From Candidatus Hydrogenedentota bacterium (GTDB taxonomy: Bacteria; Hydrogenedentota; Hydrogenedentia; Hydrogenedentales; SLHB01), in assembly GCA_963745075.1 (NCBI GenBank), contig CAVUWV010000027.1:64001-128000 (forward strand): DNA of 64,000 bases. Direction: 5' to 3'. The notes under the pieces are model-generated. The model was not told the DNA's origin. It saw only the letters and a program-made list of their open reading frames with translations, and did no database searches. A program made the position numbers and the translations under genes. This document shows positions 58,271 through 64,000 of the stretch, one piece after another. How positions within the stretch are numbered: position 1 is the stretch's first letter; each line of letters begins with the position of its first letter.

Positions 58271-61200
58271 CTACGCCGGAACGCCGACCTCGAACGTCTC
58301 TACGGTCTCCTTTTCCACGCGATGGTCCGCTTCGTCCAAACAGACCTCCAACGCCTCGGCTACACCCGCCGCATCCGGGTCCGCGAGCATCGAAATATGG
58401 TTGCCTGGAACGGGGCGCATGTCGATCGATCCCTTCACGAAGGGACGCCATCCCAGAGTCCTGTCGCTCAGCCAGCGCCGCAATAGTCCGCTTCGCGCCG
58501 ACGTAATAAGTGTGTCCTTGACCAATTGTGGGAATCCGCGCACGATGGCGCGCCAGTCCCGCTTGAGCAAAACCCACAACTGTCGCATCGAGGGAATGAA
58601 CGAATCTTCCGGGATGACCGCGAAAAAACCGCTCGTGTACAAATACGCCAGCCGGCCCGCATACGGGTCCGGGCAATACCGCATCGATGCCTTCATACCT
58701 TCCCGGCAATTGTCAACCAGTCCATGGATGGCGCCCGGCCCGGCGCTTGGGGCCAGGAAATTCACCCGCTTAAGCTCTTCCAAAACCGCGGCGTACTGGG
58801 CGTTCGGCTCCAACTTGCGCAAGGTCCGGTAACGCAGGTCGATTTGCGTCGAGAAAAAATGCTCGACCATCATCATGACGCTCGCCAGCCACATGGCATC
58901 GTCCGACGCGTCCAACAGCAGATTGTACAGCTCGCTGCTCCGAGGCCCGGGAAGCGGCGCGAACGTGTCCATGAGGACGACCACACCCACATCATGTCCC
59001 TGTTCCTTCAACTGCCGGGCCATTTCAAAGGCGATAGTCCCTCCCGACGAGTGGCCGCCGAGATGGTACGGACCCTCCGGTCGAACCCTGCGCATGGCCT
59101 CGATATAGCACGAGGCCGTTTCCTCCACCGTGTCGAACATGCGCCCGACACCGTTGATTGCCGGCGCCTGCAATCCATAGAACGGCCGGTCCGGGTCCAT
59201 GTGCCGCGCGATGGGCAAATAGCAAAAGACCGTCCCCGGCGCCGGGTGTACGCAGAAGAACGGATTCTTCGATCCCTCCGGCTGGATGGGCACTACTACC
59301 GATTCCGCCAGCGCGTTGCCCGACCGCAACACCCCCGCGAGACGCTCGATGGTCGGCGCTTCAAACAATTTAGCCGGCGCCAATCGTTGCCCGAACCGCC
59401 GCTCGATCTCGTCCATGAGTTGGACCGCCGAAAGCGAGTGACCGCCGAGATCGAAAAAACTGTCCGTCACCCCCACGGGCCGGACGTCCAGGACGTGTTC
59501 CCAGATGCGCTCAAGCTCCAGTTCCAACGCGTCCCGCGCGGCCTGCGCCGTTCCGGAAACGTCCCGCGCGCTTCGGGTTGGTTGGGGCAGTGCGTTTCGA
59601 TCGATCTTTCCATTGGGTGTCAATGGCAGCCGATCCAGCGTGACAAATGCCGTCGGGACCATGTATTCCGGAAGCGATTCGCGCAGGTAGGCTTTCCATT
59701 CACCGTTGTAAGGCTTTCCATTCTGTTTCGCGACCACGTAGGCGACGAGCCGGTGATCGTCGGGCACGTCCTCCCTTGCTACGACCACGCTGTCGGCGAC
59801 CGCCGGATGTCTGCGCAGGCGGGTTTCAATCTCACCCAACTCGATTCGGTACCCACGAACCTTCACTTGGTGGTCCTGCCTGCCCAGGAACTCGATATCC
59901 CCGTTTGACCGGTACCGCGCGCGGTCGCCCGTCCGATATAACCGGTCGCCGGACCGCTCGCTGAAGAGGTGGGGGATAAAACGCTCCCGCGTCAACGCGT
60001 CCCGGTTCCAGTACCCCCGCGCAACGCCCACGCCGCCGATGTACAGCTCCCCGGCGATGCCCGGAGGCACGATTCGCATGGACTCGTCGAGGATGTACAT
60101 TTGGGTGTTCGCGATCGGGCGCCCGATGGGTGGATTGCCCTGCGTCGTGCCGTTACAACGCGCGATGGACGCGCACACGGTCGTTTCCGTCGGTCCATAC
60201 GCATTGAAGAACTTCCGGCCCTCTGACCATTCCCTGACGACCATGGCCGGGCAGGTCTCGCCCGCGGCGACAACCGTCTCCAAGTCCGGCAGTTCCGAAC
60301 CGTCTACTACTTTCAACACGGATGGGGGCAGCGTCACCGTCGTAATCCGTTCGTCCCGCAGAACCCCCAGCAAGTCGTCCGCCGCCGCCATGGTTGCCTG
60401 CCGCGCCAGGACCAGCGTCGCCCCGGTACACAACGCCATAAAGATTTCCGACACGGACGCGTCGAAGCTGAGCGAGGCAAACTGCAAGACCCGGCTGTTC
60501 TCGTCCACACCAAAGCACCGCGTCTGGGCGTCCACCAGATTGCACAGACCGCGATGCTCGAGCAGTGCGCCTTTGGGATCGCCGGTCGATCCGGACGTAT
60601 AGATGACGTAGGCAAGGTTGGACTTCGTCGCGACTCGTTCCGGGTTTTCTGACGGGTAACGTGCAATCCGATCGAAATCACGATCGATACAGATGATTGT
60701 CGCGCCCGACCCCGGCAACAAATCCACGACCCGCGTTTCCGTCAGCAATACCGACGCCTGCACATCGCGAATCATGAACGCCAGCCGTTCGGGAGGGTAT
60801 CCGGGATCGAGCGGAACGTAGGCGCCGCCCGCCTTCATGATTCCCAGCAGGCCCACCACAGTCGTGATAGACCGATCCATACACAACCCAACCATGATCT
60901 CCGGGCCGACCCCTTTTTCGCGCAACAAGTGAGCGATTTGGTTCGCACGGCGGTTCAGTTCCGCATACGTGATCGTGTCGGATTCAAAAACCAGCGCCGT
61001 CGCGTCCGGCGCTCGATCCACTTGGGTTTCAAACCATTCCTGCACGGTCTCGTATGGAGCGGCGGGCGATTCCGTTCGATTGAGATCCTGTTCGAGCGCG
61101 TTGCGCCGGTCCGCGGAAATCAATGCAACTTGGCCCACGGGGAGCGATGGATCGTTCAACATGCAGTCCATCGCCTCGATCATCTGATCGATGGTGAGTT

Positions 61201-62416
61201 GCTGCGCTTCCTCATCGAAAAGCGCCTGATTGAAATCGAATGTAATGCCGAGATTCCCGGTCGCCGGATTGTCGTAGAAATTGACGACCAGCGGGTCCGC
61301 TCCGTATCCGGAATGGAACCATCGGATCTCGCTGGAGGTTCCACGAAAATCAGGGATGGTCCACAGCAGATAATTCAGCATGACATCATGGGACTGTGTA
61401 TTTACGAGGTTGTGGAGATATGCGGCGCTGTTTCGCAGACACGAAGCGGCATCCATGGCCACTTTTTTGATCGTCGAGAAGAGGGTGTCTTCCTCATCGA
61501 CTGTCACGCGTAACGGCAACACGCCGATGAAAATGCCGATCGTCTGCTTGTACACGTCGGGCCGGCGATTGTGGAACGGCATCCCGATCGAGATGTCCCG
61601 AATCCCGCTCATCCGGTGCAGGTACGTCGCGAGGACCGCCGCAAATATATTGAACGTGGCGGCAAACGGCGTTTTCGTCGCTACGTTTTCGTGCAGGGCC
61701 AACGCCCGAATTCGCGCCGTCCGTTCCTCACCCAGATCGTAGCGGCGATGGCTGATGGTTCCGACCCGGCGCGTCGTCGCCGTACCGTAAAACGAGATTG
61801 GATCCGGCGTGGTTTCAAGTTTGGATTCCCAGAACGCCAATTCATTGGGATCGGCATTGGCGCCGCGATGCGCCAGCTCATGCCCCACGTAGTCCATAAA
61901 CGACGGAATCACGGGTGCTTCGTCCAGCGTTCCGTCCATCGCTCGTCCGTAATACTCGTCGAGATAGCGCAACGTGATCAGTACCGAAAAGGCGTCGCAG
62001 ATGATATGGTGCTGGCAGAAGTACCAGGCGTACTTTTCACTGCCCAGTTTGATCAACGCCGTGTCGAACAGTCGTTCGTGGAGGTTAAACAACGTGCGAC
62101 ACCGTTCTTCGGACCAGCGTTCAAAATGCGCAACTGGATCGGGTTCGTTCGAGAAGTCCAACGCTACCAAGGTGTATTCGATCTCGGAAAGAACGCGTTG
62201 CTGGGGCACACCATCGACCACGTCCACTACTGTGCGCAATGCATCCGCATTTTGAACCAGCCGATGGAATGCCCGCTCAAAACACGCCGAATCAACCGCC
62301 ATCGGGATGATCAGTCCCAACGCGTTGTTGTACAGGGGGACGTCCGGGTTGAGTCGCTGCCCGAGCCAGAAGACCAACTGCGCCTTCGTCAAATTCGAAC
62401 GTTCGTATATGTCCAC
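58271..62416 (-). CDS. Single-module NRPS, C-A-PCP-TE
   Basis: C: HHIICDA; A: YTSGSTGDPKG, FDASV, NAYGPTE, YRTGD, PNGK; PCP: FFDLGGHSL; TE: GHSSG; GTG 62416 preferred as start (GGAG 8 nt upstream), frame open to ATG 62461. Confidence 0.96.
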   Translation of the reverse strand: MDIYERSNLTKAQLVFWLGQRLNPDVPLYNNALGLIIPMAVDSACFERAFHRLVQNADALRTVVDVVDGVPQQRVLSEIEYTLVALDFSNEPDPVAHFERWSEERCRTLFNLHERLFDTALIKLGSEKYAWYFCQHHIICDAFSVLITLRYLDEYYGRAMDGTLDEAPVIPSFMDYVGHELAHRGANADPNELAFWESKLETTPDPISFYGTATTRRVGTISHRRYDLGEERTARIRALALHENVATKTPFAATFNIFAAVLATYLHRMSGIRDISIGMPFHNRRPDVYKQTIGIFIGVLPLRVTVDEEDTLFSTIKKVAMDAASCLRNSAAYLHNLVNTQSHDVMLNYLLWTIPDFRGTSSEIRWFHSGYGADPLVVNFYDNPATGNLGITFDFNQALFDEEAQQLTIDQMIEAMDCMLNDPSLPVGQVALISADRRNALEQDLNRTESPAAPYETVQEWFETQVDRAPDATALVFESDTITYAELNRRANQIAHLLREKGVGPEIMVGLCMDRSITTVVGLLGIMKAGGAYVPLDPGYPPERLAFMIRDVQASVLLTETRVVDLLPGSGATIICIDRDFDRIARYPSENPERVATKSNLAYVIYTSGSTGDPKGALLEHRGLCNLVDAQTRCFGVDENSRVLQFASLSFDASVSEIFMALCTGATLVLARQATMAAADDLLGVLRDERITTVTLPPSVLKVVDGSELPDLETVVAAGETCPAMVVREWSEGRKFFNAYGPTETTVCASIARCNGTTQGNPPIGRPIANTQMYILDESMRIVPPGIAGELYIGGVGVARGYWNRDALTRERFIPHLFSERSGDRLYRTGDRARYRSNGDIEFLGRQDHQVKVRGYRIELGEIETRLRRHPAVADSVVVAREDVPDDHRLVAYVVAKQNGKPYNGEWKAYLRESLPEYMVPTAFVTLDRLPLTPNGKIDRNALPQPTRSARDVSGTAQAARDALELELERIWEHVLDVRPVGVTDSFFDLGGHSLSAVQLMDEIERRFGQRLAPAKLFEAPTIERLAGVLRSGNALAESVVVPIQPEGSKNPFFCVHPAPGTVFCYLPIARHMDPDRPFYGLQAPAINGVGRMFDTVEETASCYIEAMRRVRPEGPYHLGGHSSGGTIAFEMARQLKEQGHDVGVVVLMDTFAPLPGPRSSELYNLLLDASDDAMWLASVMMMVEHFFSTQIDLRYRTLRKLEPNAQYAAVLEELKRVNFLAPSAGPGAIHGLVDNCREGMKASMRYCPDPYAGRLAYLYTSGFFAVIPEDSFIPSMRQLWVLLKRDWRAIVRGFPQLVKDTLITSARSGLLRRWLSDRTLGWRPFVKGSIDMRPVPGNHISMLADPDAAGVAEALEVCLDEADHRVEKETVETFEVGVPA

Positions 62417-62578
62417 CCCATGAACTCCACCGATGCCGGGGCCGGGTTCTGCTGGAACCATGCGTATTGCTGCGCCGCCGGCAAGTCGCGTTCAGCACCG
62501 CGGTCTCTGATTAAATGTCACCGAATTGTTGCGCCCAAAACCGCTTTTGTGTCCTCGAGTCCGGCATTAGGCCGCTCG

Positions 62579-63541
62579 CTACCCGTGTTCGGCCAGCGAA
62601 CTCGTGCCCGCTTCGACCGCGGGCCGGTCCTGTGGCGCGTGTGCCGGGCCCACGGAGAACCCCCGCTCCCGCAGCACCGCACGAATCTCCTCGTGGAGCG
62701 CTGACGCGAGTTTTCCCCGTTCCTTCAGGAAGCCCGGGCAATTGTGGCGGCCCGTCGGCACCGGAACGAGCTTGATTTCCGAAAGGTGTTTTACGTAGTC
62801 GGCCTGATTCGCGTCCGGACGGCACCGTTCTCCGTAGAAGATCGTACCGATAGGCCGGGGATTCGCATTTTCGTAAACGGAAAGCACATCGAATAACTCC
62901 GTATCGCCGAGTTCTTTGCTGCACCAGTGCGTAATCACATTGGCCGCCAAGGCCACCAGCACGACCTCGATATAATCCTTCGGCCGGGAAAACAAGGCCT
63001 TGACGTCGCATAACGCCCGGAGTTGTGGCTTCCATCCGGTCCAGACCGTCGGCGGGAACGCCGGCGAAAACGCAATAACATGGTCCATGTTGCAACGCAC
63101 GCCAAAATAGAATGCCGCGCTGCCGCCTCCCGACGCACCCATCGCCACATGATGCGTTGCGCCAAGACGGTCGCAGATTTCCTGCACCTTTTGCGTGTAG
63201 TACTCCAATCCGTTCGGCTGCCCGTCCGGCGCCACATGGTAGGCCATGCGCCGCAAGTCCCGCAGGAACACCAGATTCGTTTCATGCCCCAATCCGGCCA
63301 ACTGCTTGCGCATCTCGAAGCGGGGTTCCCCGGCAAACAGCACATCCATCCCGGAAAAGATGACGATGGTCACGTCCGCGCCGCGATCTTCGATCCGAAA
63401 ATAGTCGGCTTCGTTCGAAATGGCGTTCTCGCCTTCAAACACTTTGAAGGTGCCTTCCTCTTCCATGTTCCGCGCCAGGCTTGGCAGGAACATGCGCGTC
63501 AGCGCCTGGAAAGCCTTTTCTTTCAGCATGAACGTCTCCAC
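62579..63541 (-). CDS. Alpha/beta-hydrolase fold protein
   Basis: Nucleophile elbow GASGG, AFSP, C-terminal GRHN His; start uncertain (GTG 63541 or ATG 63529). Confidence 0.75.
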   Translation of the reverse strand: METFMLKEKAFQALTRMFLPSLARNMEEEGTFKVFEGENAISNEADYFRIEDRGADVTIVIFSGMDVLFAGEPRFEMRKQLAGLGHETNLVFLRDLRRMAYHVAPDGQPNGLEYYTQKVQEICDRLGATHHVAMGASGGGSAAFYFGVRCNMDHVIAFSPAFPPTVWTGWKPQLRALCDVKALFSRPKDYIEVVLVALAANVITHWCSKELGDTELFDVLSVYENANPRPIGTIFYGERCRPDANQADYVKHLSEIKLVPVPTGRHNCPGFLKERGKLASALHEEIRAVLRERGFSVGPAHAPQDRPAVEAGTSSLAEHG

Positions 63542-63564
63542 CGGTTTCGTAATGTGTACTCGGT

Positions 63565-64000
63565 TTATGCCTTTGCCGGAAGTCTCTCAACGAGAAGTTC
63601 CTCGTACACCTGCTTCACGGCCGCGGCCTGAACTTCAAGAGAATAACACCGGGTCGCCTTGTCACGTGCCGCCCGGCCCATATTCACCGCCAACTGGCGG
63701 TCTTGACTCAGACTCGCCAGTGCTGCATGCAGCCCGTCTACCGAGCCGTCGAATACAAACCCGTCCACGCCGTCGTCGACAATCTCCGCCAACATGCCCC
63801 GGTTCGCCACGACCGCGGGTCTTCCCATGGCCATGGCTTCACGAACCGCCCGGCAGGTCCCGTCGCTTCCCGGCACGAGAAAGACTTTGACTGAAAACGC
63901 CTTGACCATGCCGACGTAGTTCTCGCCCGCGATATAGCCGGGAAAGTGCACGCGGTCTGTAAGTCCCAGTTCTTTTACGGGTTGCCAACCCACCCGTTCC
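63565..64000 (-). CDS. GT4 family glycosyltransferase, C-terminal part (truncated by window edge)
   Basis: LGLTDRVHFPG, EAMAMGRPAV, EIVDDGVDG, MGRAARD. Confidence 0.9.
   Translation of the reverse strand, partial: ERVGWQPVKELGLTDRVHFPGYIAGENYVGMVKAFSVKVFLVPGSDGTCRAVREAMAMGRPAVVANRGMLAEIVDDGVDGFVFDGSVDGLHAALASLSQDRQLAVNMGRAARDKATRCYSLEVQAAAVKQVYEELLVERLPAKA

Overview
GC-rich bacterial chromosomal window. The gene content and the style of the surface proteins tentatively suggest Candidatus Hydrogenedentota or a similar uncultured lineage (inference only). It contains a Thermus-order V/A-type ATPase operon (K-E-C-F-A-B-D) coupled to a PTS EIIA gene, nupC-thiD, a NarL-type two-component pair and a methyltransferase/GT-C/SDR/hemH cluster. 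Further along are a sigma28-preceded fliD-fliS pair, a Tat sulfatase, three TrkH plus TrkA, parA-parB-serS, ftsH-folP-glmM and manC. The last third holds a ~1430-aa mosaic surface protein, two GH38 alpha-mannosidases, an FNR, a secreted ADP-ribosylglycohydrolase-family protein, and a GT4/hydrolase/NRPS(C-A-T-TE)/GT1/GT1 cluster at the right edge. I recognised no rRNA, tRNA, CRISPR array, integrase or transposase. Five observations stand out. (1) The single-module NRPS has a Tyr-type code (DASTVAAVCK) and two adjacent GT1s, a candidate glycosylated N-acyl-tyrosine pathway. (2) The last 48 nt of manC reappear 4.5 kb downstream with many synonymous changes, now serving as the C-terminal tail of the surface-protein gene, which looks like integrase-free gene capture. 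(3) A 133-bp MITE has TIRs and a TAA duplication. (4) A four-copy alternating inverted repeat lies between tandem trkH paralogs whose pore loops have diverged. (5) Eight single-base frameshifts are confined to accessory genes and are probably sequencing errors. All calls come from reading the sequence and from recalled family motifs; no database search was run.
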